A stretch of DNA of 64,000 nt from Myxococcales bacterium SG8_38 (GCA_001303415.1 LJTN01000018.1:108-64107), one strand, 5' to 3'. Positions 36,888 through 47,707 are shown, counted from the first letter of the stretch. The notes: generated by a model not told the origin, from the letters alone. Program-made: numbers and translations.

Positions 36888-38283
36888 TGAATGACACCGA
36901 ACCCCAGTAGGTCAGCACGCGATACTTGCCCGGGCAGCCCGTACGCACGACCTGCTCCTCGGAGCAGATCTCGACGTCCTGGGTCGTCCCCGGAATGGTC
37001 TCCCTCGTGCCGATGTACTCGTCGCTGATCGTGTCGCCCGACCAGCCAAACAGACCCCCGAGGTCGAGCCTGTACTTGTCCTTGATGCTGGGGTCGTTGC
37101 GGTCATTCCAGTAAAAGCCGAGGCCTGCAGTGACCGTGCTGAACATGAACGGCGCGGGGGGCGGGGTGAAGTACTGCGCCCACTGCGGCGTGGTCGCGGC
37201 TTCGGCGATGTTGGTGCCGAGACGAAGCGCGATTACGTCCTTGGTGAAGCGATACTCGAAGCCGACCTTCACGCTCCAAAGGTTCTGCCACCCGAAGGGC
37301 ACGACGATGGTGCTCAGCACGGTGCCGTCCGGAAGCGAGGCGACCACCGTTTGGTTCTGGTTGCCCGACTTGTCGGCCGCATGAAACTGGCGCCGCGCCT
37401 CGAACGCCAGCAGCAAATGGCTGTTCGCCTGATACGAAACCCCGAAGGCGAGGGCATGCGGAATGAACCAGTCCGCCTCTGCCTGCAGCCGGTCCGGAAA
37501 AAGGGCGGTCTCGGTGTACCCGGTCAGCTTGATCTTGGAATACATGCGATACATCGCGCTGATCCGGACCTTGCGGTGCGGCTTGATGGTGAAGCCGAAT
37601 CGAAGGGTTGGGAACCCCACACCACCGATGTTGTTCTTCACGTTTCCGTAGAGGGTCCCAGCGCCGAGCGCGGCCCCGACGTTTTGATAGAGACTGGCGT
37701 TTTGCTTCGAAAAGGGCAGACGCAGCGCGAGGCCCAACTGAAACTTCTCGTGGGCCTTGAAGGAAAAGCCGGTCGAAAACTCTCCCACGAAGAAGGTCAC
37801 GTCGAGGTTCTGAGGGTCACCGTTCAAGCAGGTATCGGGGTTCGTGTCCGGGAACTGGCTATCGGGATTGTTCGGGTCTGCAGCGCCATCGAGGCACCGC
37901 ACGCCGCTGAACGACGAGCCGTACCCGGTCTCGATGTAGAGACCGCCGGCGAACACGACGCGCGGGGCCACTCTTCCAGCGATGAAGCCTGCCGGAATCG
38001 GGCCGAATCCAAGACCGGACTCCACCTGCGAACCGGGGCCCTGCACCGGCGCCCGCTGGTTCGTGAACAACGCGGTGAAGTTGAGGGTGAAGCCGAGCTT
38101 TTCGATGCCGTCGAGGTTGGCTGGGTTGAGCGCGAGCGCGGCAGGCCGGTCGAGATAGGTGACGCCGGTGAGCCCCATGCCAATGCTCCTGCCGTCATAG
38201 GAGGTAGGCTCGGGATTCGCGCTCGCGAGCGCGGGGATCAGCAGCGCCAGAAGAAGAAAGCATGCCGTCTGTAGTGTGCGCAT
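36874..38283 (-). CDS. Outer-membrane beta-barrel transporter, FadL/OmpP1-like (paralog 1)
   Basis: Signal peptide; RSIGMG..G......PAA..LNPANL N-terminal hatch; C-terminal aromatic residue (..IQY). Confidence 0.78.
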   Translation of the reverse strand: MRTLQTACFLLLALLIPALASANPEPTSYDGRSIGMGLTGVTYLDRPAALALNPANLDGIEKLGFTLNFTALFTNQRAPVQGPGSQVESGLGFGPIPAGFIAGRVAPRVVFAGGLYIETGYGSSFSGVRCLDGAADPNNPDSQFPDTNPDTCLNGDPQNLDVTFFVGEFSTGFSFKAHEKFQLGLALRLPFSKQNASLYQNVGAALGAGTLYGNVKNNIGGVGFPTLRFGFTIKPHRKVRISAMYRMYSKIKLTGYTETALFPDRLQAEADWFIPHALAFGVSYQANSHLLLAFEARRQFHAADKSGNQNQTVVASLPDGTVLSTIVVPFGWQNLWSVKVGFEYRFTKDVIALRLGTNIAEAATTPQWAQYFTPPPAPFMFSTVTAGLGFYWNDRNDPSIKDKYRLDLGGLFGWSGDTISDEYIGTRETIPGTTQDVEICSEEQVVRTGCPGKYRVLTYWGSVSFTIQY

Positions 38284-38304
38284 TTTGCCTGCCCATCGAG
38301 CTCG

Positions 38305-39732
38305 CTAGTACTGAAGAGTGAATGAAACGGAAGCCCAGTAGGTGAGGACGCGATACTTGCCCGGGCACCCCGTGCGCACGACCTGTTCGTCGGAGCAGAT
38401 CTCGACCGGCTGGGTGGTCCCTGGAATGGTCTGTGTCGTGCCGATGTACTCGTCGCCGATCGTCTCGCCCGACCACGAGAACAGGCCTCCGAGATCGAGC
38501 CTGTACTTGTCCTTGATGCTCGGGTCGTTGCGGTCGTTCCAGTAGAAGCCAAGGCCCGAGCTGACCGTCGTGAACATGAATGACGCTGGCGGGGGCGTGA
38601 AGTACTGCGCCCATTGCGGCGTGGTCGCGCTTTCGGCGATGTTGGTGCCCAGACGAAGCGCGATGAAGTCCTTGGTGAAGCGATACTCGAATCCGACCTT
38701 CACGCTCCACAGATTCTGCCACCCGAAAGGCACGACGATCTGCGTGTCGGGAAACACTCCGTTCGGGTCGGTTGCCGTGACGGTTTGATTCTGATTGCCC
38801 GACTTGTCGGCGGCGTGAAACTGGCGGCGCGCCTCGAACGCCAGCAGCAAATGACTGTTGGCCTGATACGAGATTCCAAATGCAAGGGCATGCGGGATGA
38901 ACCAGTCTGCCGACGCATTGAGCGTGAGGGGATCGGCCCCGGGGAACAGGGCGGTCTCCGTTGTACCCGTGAGCTTGATCTTCGAATACATCCGGTACAT
39001 TGCGCTGATCCGGACTTTTCGGTGTGGCTTGATGGTGAAGCCGAATCGAAGGGAGGGGAAACCGACACCACCGATGTTGTTCTTCACGCGTCCGTAGCCC
39101 AAGCCTGGGATTGGCGAGGCCGCGCCGACATTCTGATAGAGATCCGCGCTCTGCTTCGAAAAGGGCAGCCGCATGGCGAGCCCCAACTGAAACTTCTCGT
39201 GGGCCTTGAAGGAAAAGCCGCTCGAGAACTCTCCTACGAAGAACCTCACGTCGAGGTTCTGAGGGTCACCGTTCAAGCAGGTATCGGGGTTCGTGTCTGG
39301 GAACTGGCTATCCGGATTATCCGGATCTGCAGCGCCATCGAGACACCGCACGTTGTCAAAGGACGAGCCGTAACCGGTTTCGATGTAGATGCCGCCGGCG
39401 AACACCACCCGCGGAGCTACTCTTCCGGCGATGAAGCCCGACGGAATCGGGCCGAATCCTACGCCTGAGTCGACCTGCGAATCGGGGCCCTGGACCGGCG
39501 CCCGCTGGTTCGTGAACAAGGAGGTGAAGTGGACCGTGAAGGCGAGTTTTCCAATTCCTTCGAGGTTGGCCGGGTTGAGCGCGAGCGCGGCAGGCTGGTC
39601 GAGGAAGGTGACGCCGGTGAGCCCCATGCCGATGCTGCGAGCGTCATACGCAGTAGGCTCCGGATTGGCCCTTGCCAGCGCGGGAATCACCAGCACCGCC
39701 GCGAGGCATGCCGTCCATAGTCGTTGATTCAT
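38305..39732 (-). CDS. Outer-membrane beta-barrel transporter, FadL/OmpP1-like (paralog 2)
   Basis: Tandem paralog of 36874-38283 with long identical stretches; same motifs. Confidence 0.78.
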   Translation of the reverse strand: MNQRLWTACLAAVLVIPALARANPEPTAYDARSIGMGLTGVTFLDQPAALALNPANLEGIGKLAFTVHFTSLFTNQRAPVQGPDSQVDSGVGFGPIPSGFIAGRVAPRVVFAGGIYIETGYGSSFDNVRCLDGAADPDNPDSQFPDTNPDTCLNGDPQNLDVRFFVGEFSSGFSFKAHEKFQLGLAMRLPFSKQSADLYQNVGAASPIPGLGYGRVKNNIGGVGFPSLRFGFTIKPHRKVRISAMYRMYSKIKLTGTTETALFPGADPLTLNASADWFIPHALAFGISYQANSHLLLAFEARRQFHAADKSGNQNQTVTATDPNGVFPDTQIVVPFGWQNLWSVKVGFEYRFTKDFIALRLGTNIAESATTPQWAQYFTPPPASFMFTTVSSGLGFYWNDRNDPSIKDKYRLDLGGLFSWSGETIGDEYIGTTQTIPGTTQPVEICSDEQVVRTGCPGKYRVLTYWASVSFTLQY

Positions 39733-39876
39733 GGCAAGGGCTCCGCCGCCCCGCGTGCGCCGAGGGCGGCCGGCGCAGCATACATGGAAGCCCCGCCGAT
39801 AGGTCAACCAAAAACGGTCGGATGCATTGCACAAATATCCAGGTAAAACCGGAGCGTTGTGGCTGCGTGACGTGGT

Positions 39877-40536
39877 TCACTGTCGGGGCTCGACTGCTCC
39901 CCTAGGACAGCTGATGCCGGTGCCGCCGAGCCCGCAGTAGCCGCCCGGGTTCTTCGCGAGGTACTGCTGGTGGTAGCCCTCTGCATAGTAGAAGTGCGGG
40001 GCCGCGAGAACCTCGGTAGTGATTCGACCGTAGCCGTTCTCGTCGAGCTCCCGCTGGTAGCGCTGCAAAGAGGCCTCGGCCAAACGCCGTTGCTCTTCGT
40101 CGAAGAAGTAGATGCCCGATCGGTATTGTGTGCCTCGGTCGTGGCCTTGCCGCATCCCCTGCGTCGGGTCGTGACTCTCCCAAAAAACCGTCAACAGGTC
40201 TTCGTAATCAACCCGCGCCGGGTCATAGACCACCAGCACGACCTCGTTGTGACCGGTGAGGCCGGAGCACACTTCCTCGTAGGTGGGGTTCGGGGTGTAG
40301 CCGGCCGCGTATCCAACCGCGGTCGTGTAGACCCCCGGGATCTCCCAGAGCTTCCGCTCCGCTCCCCAAAAGCACCCGAGCCCGAAAAGCGCTTTGCGCA
40401 TGCCTTCCGGAAACGGGCCTTCGAGCGGTGTGCCCAGAACGAAGTGGCGTGCGTCTACTGTCATGGGAGTGTCTCGCCCTGGCAACGCCTCGGCGCGCGT
40501 CGGCATGCGAAGCTTCTTTTCGGAGGTGAAGAACAT
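39877..40536 (-). CDS. msrA: Peptide-methionine (S)-S-oxide reductase
   Basis: [38 protein letters not shown]. Confidence 0.97.
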   Translation of the reverse strand: MFFTSEKKLRMPTRAEALPGRDTPMTVDARHFVLGTPLEGPFPEGMRKALFGLGCFWGAERKLWEIPGVYTTAVGYAAGYTPNPTYEEVCSGLTGHNEVVLVVYDPARVDYEDLLTVFWESHDPTQGMRQGHDRGTQYRSGIYFFDEEQRRLAEASLQRYQRELDENGYGRITTEVLAAPHFYYAEGYHQQYLAKNPGGYCGLGGTGISCPRGAVEPRQ

Positions 40537-40625
40537 GTGGTTGAACATAGAGAAGGGGGAGCCGCCCCGGTAGCCCCTCGGCCTTCGGCTTGGCGAGCGC
40601 TCGATAATACGATAACCAAGCCCCA

Positions 40626-41390
40626 GTGCAGGAAGCACAGCTCATCGAAATCGCCCGGCGCCTGAAAGGGAGCCGGAGCATTCTTTTCGTCACCGGCGCC
40701 GGGATTTCGGCGGATTCCGGCCTGCCGACGTACCGCGGAATCGGCGGCCTCTACGAGGGGGCGCATACCGAGGAGGGACTTCCCATCGAAGCGGCGCTCT
40801 CCGGCGCCATGTTCCGGCGCGATCCATCCCTCACCTGGAGATACATCCACCAGATCGAGAGCTGCTGCCGAGGCGCCGGCCCCAATCGCGCGCACCAGGT
40901 AATCGCCGAGCTCGAAAATCGCTTCGAGCGCGTATGGACTCTCACCCAGAATGTGGATGGCCTCCATCACGCCGCGGGAAGCCGCAACGTCATCGACATC
41001 CACGGCGACGTGCATTTGCTGATCTGCACACGATGCAGTCATCGTTGGCGGGTCGAAAACTACGCAAACCTCTGCATTCCCCCGTCCTGCCCCGAATGTG
41101 ACTCCTTGGTCAGACCCGAGGTCGTGTTGTTCGGCGAAATGTTGCCGATGGATCGCGCGAGAATGCTCGAGGAGCAGCTCATACGCGGCTTCGACGCGGT
41201 CTTTTCCATCGGAACCACCAGTGTTTTCCCCTACATCGCCGAGCCGGTCATCGATGCGCGACGTCGCGGGGCGCTGACCGTCGAGATCAACCCCGGCTCG
41301 AGCGAGATATCACACATCGTGGACCATCGGCTCCGCGCCGGCGCGGCGGTCGCCATGGATGCGATTGTCGAGGCGCTCGATCGCGCCTAA
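40626..41390 (+). CDS. cobB: Sir2/CobB-family NAD-dependent deacylase
   Basis: [26 protein letters not shown]..CxxC..Cxx[14 protein letters not shown]. Confidence 0.93.
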   Translation: MQEAQLIEIARRLKGSRSILFVTGAGISADSGLPTYRGIGGLYEGAHTEEGLPIEAALSGAMFRRDPSLTWRYIHQIESCCRGAGPNRAHQVIAELENRFERVWTLTQNVDGLHHAAGSRNVIDIHGDVHLLICTRCSHRWRVENYANLCIPPSCPECDSLVRPEVVLFGEMLPMDRARMLEEQLIRGFDAVFSIGTTSVFPYIAEPVIDARRRGALTVEINPGSSEISHIVDHRLRAGAAVAMDAIVEALDRA

Positions 41391-41396
41391 TCTTGC

Positions 41397-42086
41397 GTGG
41401 TCATGGGGGGCGACGAACGCTCATATCGCTACGACGAGTCCTACGAGGAAGTCGTTCGCTTGTCGGACGGTCAGCGGCTTCATTTGCGCTTGATCCGCCC
41501 TGAAGACAAGGCGCTCCTTCTCGCGGCCTTCGAGCAGCTCTCGCCGGACTCTCGTTATGCCCGCTTCATGGCGCCCAAAACGAAGCTCACGGAGCAAGAG
41601 CTGCGGTACCTCACCGAGGTGGATGGCGTCGATCATTTCGCGCTCGGCGCGATCCGACGCCATCTGGTCTCGAAGGACGAAGGCGTCGGCAGCGCACGCT
41701 TCGTGCGCCTGCAAGACCGACCGGACACGGCCGAGCCGGCGGTGACGGTCGTCGATTCCTATCAGCGCAAAGGGCTTGGATCGATCCTGCTCCAGCGCCT
41801 CGTCGAGGCGGCCTGGGAGCGTGACGTACGCTGGTTCGCGACCGAGCTGCTCGCGGAAAACACCGCTTCCCGGCGAATGATCGAGTCGCTCAGCCCGGAG
41901 GTGAAGTTTCGACCTTCCGGGGATGGCGCGGTCATTGCGATGCTCCCGCTCCCGGAGCCTGATCAAACCCCAACCGCACCGGGATTTCTCGTTGGCACCC
42001 CCATCTACAGGATGCTTTCTCAGATCGCCCAAGCTGCGATTTCCGTCAGGCCGCGTGCAACCCGGCCGCCCAAGCCGCCTGACTAG
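41397..42086 (+). CDS. GNAT acetyltransferase (Pat-type GNAT domain)
   Basis: LSPDSRYARF, EVDGVDHFAL, GSARFVR, AEPAVTVVD.YQRKGLG..LL. Confidence 0.88.
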   Translation: MVMGGDERSYRYDESYEEVVRLSDGQRLHLRLIRPEDKALLLAAFEQLSPDSRYARFMAPKTKLTEQELRYLTEVDGVDHFALGAIRRHLVSKDEGVGSARFVRLQDRPDTAEPAVTVVDSYQRKGLGSILLQRLVEAAWERDVRWFATELLAENTASRRMIESLSPEVKFRPSGDGAVIAMLPLPEPDQTPTAPGFLVGTPIYRMLSQIAQAAISVRPRATRPPKPPD

Positions 42087-42095
42087 GATGGTCGG

Positions 42096-42665
42096 CTAGG
42101 ACACCTGGACCGGGAACATCATCGGCGCACGCACCTGAACCATGCGCTGCGCATCGGTCAGTGTCCCGACGATTCGCAACGCGAAGGCAAAGGCCGTGCC
42201 GGGCCCGCGGCTCGTGATCAGGTTGCGATCGGCCACGACCGAATGCTCACTGTACTGACCCCACGTTTCGACCATCGATTTGACGCTCGGATGGCTGGTG
42301 AGCTGTCGATCGCGAAAGACGCCGTGGGCGGGAAACGCGATCGGGGCGGCGCAAATCGCTGCCACCCATCGCCCGGCCTGCTCTTGCTCGCGCAGGAGCT
42401 CCCCAACCTTGGGGGATTGCGCTAGACGTTTCGCGCCCTCCGCTCCTCCAGGCAGCACGATGATGTCGAACGTGCCTTCCACCTGATCGAGCGCCACGTC
42501 GGGCGTGATGACCACCCCGCGGCTGCAACGGACCGGGCCCGCACCATCCACACCGGCCACGGTCACGTCGATCTGACCGCGTCGCAGCACATCGATGCTG
42601 ATCACGGCCTCCATTTCCTCGCTACCCTGCGCGAGAAGAACCAACGCCGTCGGGTTTTCCGTCAC
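42096..42665 (-). CDS. DJ-1/ThiJ (YajL-like) glyoxalase/deglycase
   Basis: GSEEMEAV, VLPGGAEG, AAICAAP, ITSRGPGTA. Confidence 0.93.
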   Translation of the reverse strand: MTENPTALVLLAQGSEEMEAVISIDVLRRGQIDVTVAGVDGAGPVRCSRGVVITPDVALDQVEGTFDIIVLPGGAEGAKRLAQSPKVGELLREQEQAGRWVAAICAAPIAFPAHGVFRDRQLTSHPSVKSMVETWGQYSEHSVVADRNLITSRGPGTAFAFALRIVGTLTDAQRMVQVRAPMMFPVQVS

Positions 42666-43282
42666 GGAAGCCCCTCGCAATTCCGGGATTTGTCTCGCTT
42701 GCAGATCTCGGAGATTCGCTTGCGGAGCGCATTTTCGAGCTTCGTCAGGCCGAGGCCCTTGGCCATGCTGATCGCAGCGGTTGCGCTCATGCGATCGACG
42801 ACGAACGCCTTCAGGCCCAACAACGCAGCGACGCGCTGTCCGGTGCTGCAATGTACCACCGCTGGCAGCGCGTCCGGGGCCTCGAGCGCCTTCGCCAGCG
42901 CACGGGCATTGTCTTCGGTCAACCCTGCGGCCCCAGCCACCGGGATGGAGACGAACGTCATCCCCATCCGCTCGACTGCGGCTTGCTCGCCCTCGTCACC
43001 ACGCTCGCTCTCGGGGCGCAGGTTGATGACCGTTCGATAGCCGGCCTCCTGGATCGCTTTGAGCTGCGCGCGGCTCGGCTGCCCTCCGACGAGAAGGCCG
43101 CTCTGGGTGACCTTCGCGTTCGGGATCGGGACTAGGGGTGGCGTCGTGTCGATCTGCTGCGGTGCGGCGGGTTTCTCGGTCGAGCCCTCCGCCATGGCGC
43201 GGGGCGGAGCGGTGAGCAGGCCGACGATCGTCGTCGAAACGAGAATGATGAACGATGAGCGATGCAACATGAAGGGCCTCAT
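42662..43282 (-). CDS. Exported PTP-fold/DUF442 (sulfur transferase-like) protein
   Basis: Signal peptide; GGQPS, GYRTVINLR, VVHCSTGQR (CX5R-like). Confidence 0.8.
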   Translation of the reverse strand: MRPFMLHRSSFIILVSTTIVGLLTAPPRAMAEGSTEKPAAPQQIDTTPPLVPIPNAKVTQSGLLVGGQPSRAQLKAIQEAGYRTVINLRPESERGDEGEQAAVERMGMTFVSIPVAGAAGLTEDNARALAKALEAPDALPAVVHCSTGQRVAALLGLKAFVVDRMSATAAISMAKGLGLTKLENALRKRISEICKRDKSRNCEGLP

Positions 43283-43287
43283 CCAAT

Positions 43288-44913
43288 TTACCTCACACCT
43301 TTGCCGCTGAGGATTGCTCGCGCGGCAACCCGACCCGAGTATACGCATCCCCCGAGGAACGTTCCTTCGAGCGCCCGCAAGCCATGCATTCCGCCCCCTC
43401 CGAAGCCGCATGCCTCACCGACGGCGAACAAGTTGGGTATGGGGTTGCCCTGCTTGTCGAGGACTTTCGCGTCGAGATCCACCTGTATGCCCCCGAGGCT
43501 CTTGCGGGTGAGAATCTGGGTGCGAATGGCGATTAGCGGCATCGCGCTCGCGTCCATGATGGGCGCCATGTTGCAGGTTCGAAGCCGGTCTCCGATGTAT
43601 TGGCGAACGTGCGCGATGCGGCGAAGCTGATCGTCGTTCTGCAGGTTCCGACCGCGCGCGATGTTCTCGTCATACTCCGAGATCTCACGTTCGAGGAGCT
43701 TGGGGTCGACGTCCCGGGTGCCCGTCAGCGCGTTCATCTTGTCGGCCAGCTCGGCAACGCCGCGTCCGGTCACGAAGTCCGGGCAGTGGTCGATGAACTC
43801 CTGCACCTGCTCTCCGTTGCCCTTGAGTAACCGGATGATGAAAGCGAGCAGTTTCTTTTCGCGAACTGCCGGGTTGAATTCGGCCCCCGACACGGAGAAC
43901 TCCTTGTTCGCGATTTTTCGATTCATCACTTGCCACGAGTACTTCTTCTGCTCTCGGCAAATCTCGTCGATGAGCAACAGGGTGTCGTAGCTTCCGACGA
44001 GCGGCGGGTTGACGAACCGGCGTCCCTGGTAGTTGACCCAGAGCGCGGACTTTCCCGGTACCAAGCTGAGACCGTAGTTGGGGAAGGGAGGCGCCCAGTG
44101 CCGCACGCCGGCCGCGTAGTTCCACATCTTTTCGAGATGCGTGACGTTGGCGCCAAGCGCTGCGGCGCGATCCAGCAGGTGTCCGTCCGCCTCCGGGATC
44201 GAGCCGTTGAGCATGGGCTCCGGGGGCTCGCCCCAACGGTCCCTAGGCCAGATGGCCCGCACCTTGTCGTGACTTCCGGCGATTCCGCCGGCTGCGATGA
44301 CCACGGCGTCTCCGTGTGCCTCGAATGCGCCGTCCGTGCTCGTGCCACGACAGCCCACGATGCCGCCCGCTTCTCGAATGAGCTCGTCGACGCGATGGCC
44401 GAAATGCAACTGCAGGCGCCCGGCCTTTTCGTGCTCCTCCAGGCGCGGGCTGAGCGCGGTGATGATGCCCTCGCCCGTGCCCCACACGATGTGGAAGCGA
44501 GGTACCGAGTTCCCGGGCACGAAGTACCCACGCTCAGTCCAGTTGACGGCGCGGAAGAAGCTCACGTCGCGATCGACGAGCCAACCACGGACTTCCTCGG
44601 TGCAGCGGTTCACGTACGCTTCGGCCCAGCGATAGGGCCAGACATCCTCGGGATCGAGCTCGCCATAACGAACCCAGTCGCGCATCGCGAGGTCTACCGA
44701 ATCCTTGATTCGGCTCTTTCGCTGCTCGGGCGAATCGACGAAGAACATTCCGCCGAACGACCAAAGGGCGAGACCCCCGAAACGATCGCGGGTGGCCGCG
44801 TCGAGCATGACGACGCGTTTGCCCGCATCGAGCAGCTCGAGCGCGGTCACCATTCCCGCGAGCCCGCCGCCAATGACGACGACCTCGCCATGGTAGTTGC
44901 TTTTGTCGGCCAT
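43288..44913 (-). CDS. FAD-binding dehydrogenase (KsdD-like family, FAD_binding_2)
   Basis: GGGLAG, GGLALWSFGG, GNSVPRFH..WGTG, TRKSLGG, GFGGGGMHG.RALEGTFLGGC. Confidence 0.9.
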   Translation of the reverse strand: MADKSNYHGEVVVIGGGLAGMVTALELLDAGKRVVMLDAATRDRFGGLALWSFGGMFFVDSPEQRKSRIKDSVDLAMRDWVRYGELDPEDVWPYRWAEAYVNRCTEEVRGWLVDRDVSFFRAVNWTERGYFVPGNSVPRFHIVWGTGEGIITALSPRLEEHEKAGRLQLHFGHRVDELIREAGGIVGCRGTSTDGAFEAHGDAVVIAAGGIAGSHDKVRAIWPRDRWGEPPEPMLNGSIPEADGHLLDRAAALGANVTHLEKMWNYAAGVRHWAPPFPNYGLSLVPGKSALWVNYQGRRFVNPPLVGSYDTLLLIDEICREQKKYSWQVMNRKIANKEFSVSGAEFNPAVREKKLLAFIIRLLKGNGEQVQEFIDHCPDFVTGRGVAELADKMNALTGTRDVDPKLLEREISEYDENIARGRNLQNDDQLRRIAHVRQYIGDRLRTCNMAPIMDASAMPLIAIRTQILTRKSLGGIQVDLDAKVLDKQGNPIPNLFAVGEACGFGGGGMHGLRALEGTFLGGCVYSGRVAARAILSGKGVR

Positions 44914-45001
44914 GGGGATGACGAGCATACCAGATTACGCGCCCATGGCATCACGCGGCGACGCACCCTGCACGCCTCCCGTTGGCGGGCTAGAGTACCG
45001 G

Positions 45002-45931
45002 ATGCGTCAAGATTGGAGTCTCGATCGAATTCCCGACTTGTCCGGTCGCGTCATGGTCGTCACCGGCGCGAACAGTGGCATCGGCTACGAAGCGGCTCGT
45101 GCGTTGGCGCGACATGGCGCCGAGGTGGTGTTGGCATGCCGGAGCGGCGAAAAGGCCGAGGCCGCGGCGGGCCGAATACGCGCCGAAAGCCCGTCGGCGA
45201 GCCTCGAGATCGTCCCACTCGACCTCGCCGACCTCGCCTCCATTCGCGCATTCGCCGACACCCTGCGCGCGCGGAAGTCGCGGCTCGACGCGCTGATCAA
45301 CAATGCCGGCGTGATGGCGTTGCCCAGGCGCACCACCAGGGACGGCTTCGAGATGCAGCTCGGAACGAACCATCTCGGTCACTTCGCGCTGACCGGACGA
45401 CTGCTTGAGCTGCTCTTGGCAACTCCGCGTTCGCGCGTCGTCAACGTGAGCAGCATGGCGCACACGTTCGGAACGATTCGCTTCCACGACCTGCAGTGGG
45501 AGCGGCGATACAGCAAATGGGGCGCCTACGGGCAGAGCAAGCTCGCGAACCTCCTCTTCACGCACGAGCTCGACAAGCGGCTCAAAGAGACGGGTAGCGA
45601 CACGATCAGCGTGGCCTGTCATCCCGGATGGGCGGCAACCAACCTGCAAGAGGTGGGGCCCAAGATGGCTGGCTCGAAGCTCATGGAGACGCTGAGCGCG
45701 TGGGGCAATGCCATGCTGGCGCAGGATGCCGCGGCCGGCGCGCTTCCCACTGTATTTGCCACGGTCGAGCCGCTGAAGGGCAACGAGTACGTTGGGCCGA
45801 CCCGCATGATGGGCTGGCACGGTCCGCCCGAGATCGTGCAACCCCTGCCCAAGGCCCGTGATCCCGAGACCGCCGAGCGATTGTGGGAGGTATCCGAAGA
45901 CCTCACCGGCGTGCACTACGCTTTCGATTGA
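45002..45931 (+). CDS. SDR oxidoreductase (retinol dehydrogenase/WWOX-like)
   Basis: TGANSGIG, NNAG, TNHLGHF, YGQSK. Confidence 0.93.
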   Translation: MRQDWSLDRIPDLSGRVMVVTGANSGIGYEAARALARHGAEVVLACRSGEKAEAAAGRIRAESPSASLEIVPLDLADLASIRAFADTLRARKSRLDALINNAGVMALPRRTTRDGFEMQLGTNHLGHFALTGRLLELLLATPRSRVVNVSSMAHTFGTIRFHDLQWERRYSKWGAYGQSKLANLLFTHELDKRLKETGSDTISVACHPGWAATNLQEVGPKMAGSKLMETLSAWGNAMLAQDAAAGALPTVFATVEPLKGNEYVGPTRMMGWHGPPEIVQPLPKARDPETAERLWEVSEDLTGVHYAFD

Positions 45932-45986
45932 AGCGTGGGGCTTGCGCGCAGAACCGGGGCTTGTACGGTCCCGGTTGGAGGGGCGA

Positions 45987-46820
45987 ATGCGCGAGCTACG
46001 AGGGAAGGTCGCAGTGGTCACGGGGGCCGGTCATGGCATCGGCAGGGAAACGGCATTGGCCTTGGCGGCGCGCGGATGTCGGCTTGCGATTTGCGACATC
46101 AACGAGGAGACGCTCGAGGCCGTACGTGACGAGCTTTCGGCTGGCGGCGCGACGGTTACCGGGCATCGCGTCGACGTGTCGGACCCAGAGCAGATGGCGT
46201 CATTTGCATCCGAGGTCATCGACGCCCATGGCGAAGCGCACATCTTGGTCAACAACGCCGGCGTCACCGTCTTTGCATCGTTCGAGGAGCACAGCCTCGA
46301 GGATCTGGAATGGATACTCGGTGTGAACCTCTGGGGCGTGCTCTACGGATGCAAGTTTTTCCTGCCCCATCTCAAGGCCGCGGGAGAGGGGCACATCGTC
46401 AATCTGTCGAGCGTATTTGGAATCATCGCCCCACCGCTTCAAACGAGCTACGTGGCCACGAAGTTCGCCGTGCGTGGCTTCAGTGAATCGCTGCGTGCGG
46501 AGCTTGCCGAGCACCACATCGGCGTCACGTCGGTTCATCCTGGTGCGATACAGACGAACATCGTCCGCGATGCACGGTTGGTGACCGACACCCACGCAGC
46601 GCTCCGCAACACGACCCAGCGGCTATTCGATCGACTGGGCACCACACCGGAGGTCGTGGCGGCCCGGGTCGTCAAGGCGATCGAGCAAAACTCTCCGCGG
46701 GTCTTGATCACCCGAGAAGCACACGTGGCCGATGCGTTGAAGCGGCTCATGCCTGCGACGACCGACGGCATCGTCGCACGGGTCTTCAAGCGCATCGGCC
46801 CTCCTCAGCGTTCGCGGTGA
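45987..46820 (+). CDS. SDR oxidoreductase
   Basis: TGAGHGIG, NNAG, NLSS, YVATK. Confidence 0.93.
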   Translation: MRELRGKVAVVTGAGHGIGRETALALAARGCRLAICDINEETLEAVRDELSAGGATVTGHRVDVSDPEQMASFASEVIDAHGEAHILVNNAGVTVFASFEEHSLEDLEWILGVNLWGVLYGCKFFLPHLKAAGEGHIVNLSSVFGIIAPPLQTSYVATKFAVRGFSESLRAELAEHHIGVTSVHPGAIQTNIVRDARLVTDTHAALRNTTQRLFDRLGTTPEVVAARVVKAIEQNSPRVLITREAHVADALKRLMPATTDGIVARVFKRIGPPQRSR

Positions 46821-47707
46821 CCGACGTTCGGCGAGAGGTTTTCGGGGACTTTTCGGTCCTTCACCGGCCGGCATCGGGCGGGGACGGCGTGACGGTGCAC
46901 TTCGCCCACGCCACGGGATTCAATGCCGAAACCTATCGAGCCTTGTTGGCTTCGCTCGATCCCTCGCTCGACGTGTTTGCCATGGACGCCCGTGGTCACG
47001 GCATGTCGACCGCCGCTGGCGATCCCGAGAAGCTGCGATCCTGGGCTCCTTATCGTCGGGATCTGGAGCGGTTCGTGGAGACGCTCCGGCGACCGGCCGT
47101 CCTCGCGGGCCATTCGATGGGCGGGACGGTGAGCCTCGAGCTCGCGGCGGCCCGTCCCGATTTGGTCGCCGGCTTGGTGCTCATCGATCCCGTCATCCTG
47201 CCGCCCCGGCAGATCCCGCTCTACTTCTTGGCCAGGCTCCTCGGCTTGAGTCTACGATTGGTGCCGATTGCGCAGGCCGCGGCGCGGCGCCGGATGGAAT
47301 TTCCTTCCAAGGAAGCGGCGGTCGAAAACTATGTCGGCAAGGGCGCGTTCAAGACTTGGCCTCGCGAGTGGATCGAGGCTTACATCGATGGTGGCGCCAT
47401 CGCCACGGGCCGAGGGACGGTGCGGCTGCGATGTGACCGCGCCTGGGAGAGCAAAACTTTCGCAACGGCGACAGTCAACCCCTATGGGGCCATCAGGAAG
47501 CTTCGATGCCCGGTCACGTTGATCGCACGCGCGGATGATGGTCCACCGTTTACCGAGGCGGCGAGAGAGGCGTTCATGAAGATGCGGCCCGATACTCGGT
47601 TGCTCATCCTCGAAGACGCTTCGCACTTCATGCCAATGGAGCACCCCGAGGTCGCGCGCGCCGAAATCGAGCGCATGGCCGGAGCGGCTCGCTCAGAGCT
47701 CGGATAG
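46817..47707 (+). CDS. Alpha/beta hydrolase
   Basis: HATGF, DARGHG, GHSMGG, SHFMPME. Confidence 0.9.
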   Translation: MTDVRREVFGDFSVLHRPASGGDGVTVHFAHATGFNAETYRALLASLDPSLDVFAMDARGHGMSTAAGDPEKLRSWAPYRRDLERFVETLRRPAVLAGHSMGGTVSLELAAARPDLVAGLVLIDPVILPPRQIPLYFLARLLGLSLRLVPIAQAAARRRMEFPSKEAAVENYVGKGAFKTWPREWIEAYIDGGAIATGRGTVRLRCDRAWESKTFATATVNPYGAIRKLRCPVTLIARADDGPPFTEAAREAFMKMRPDTRLLILEDASHFMPMEHPEVARAEIERMAGAARSELG

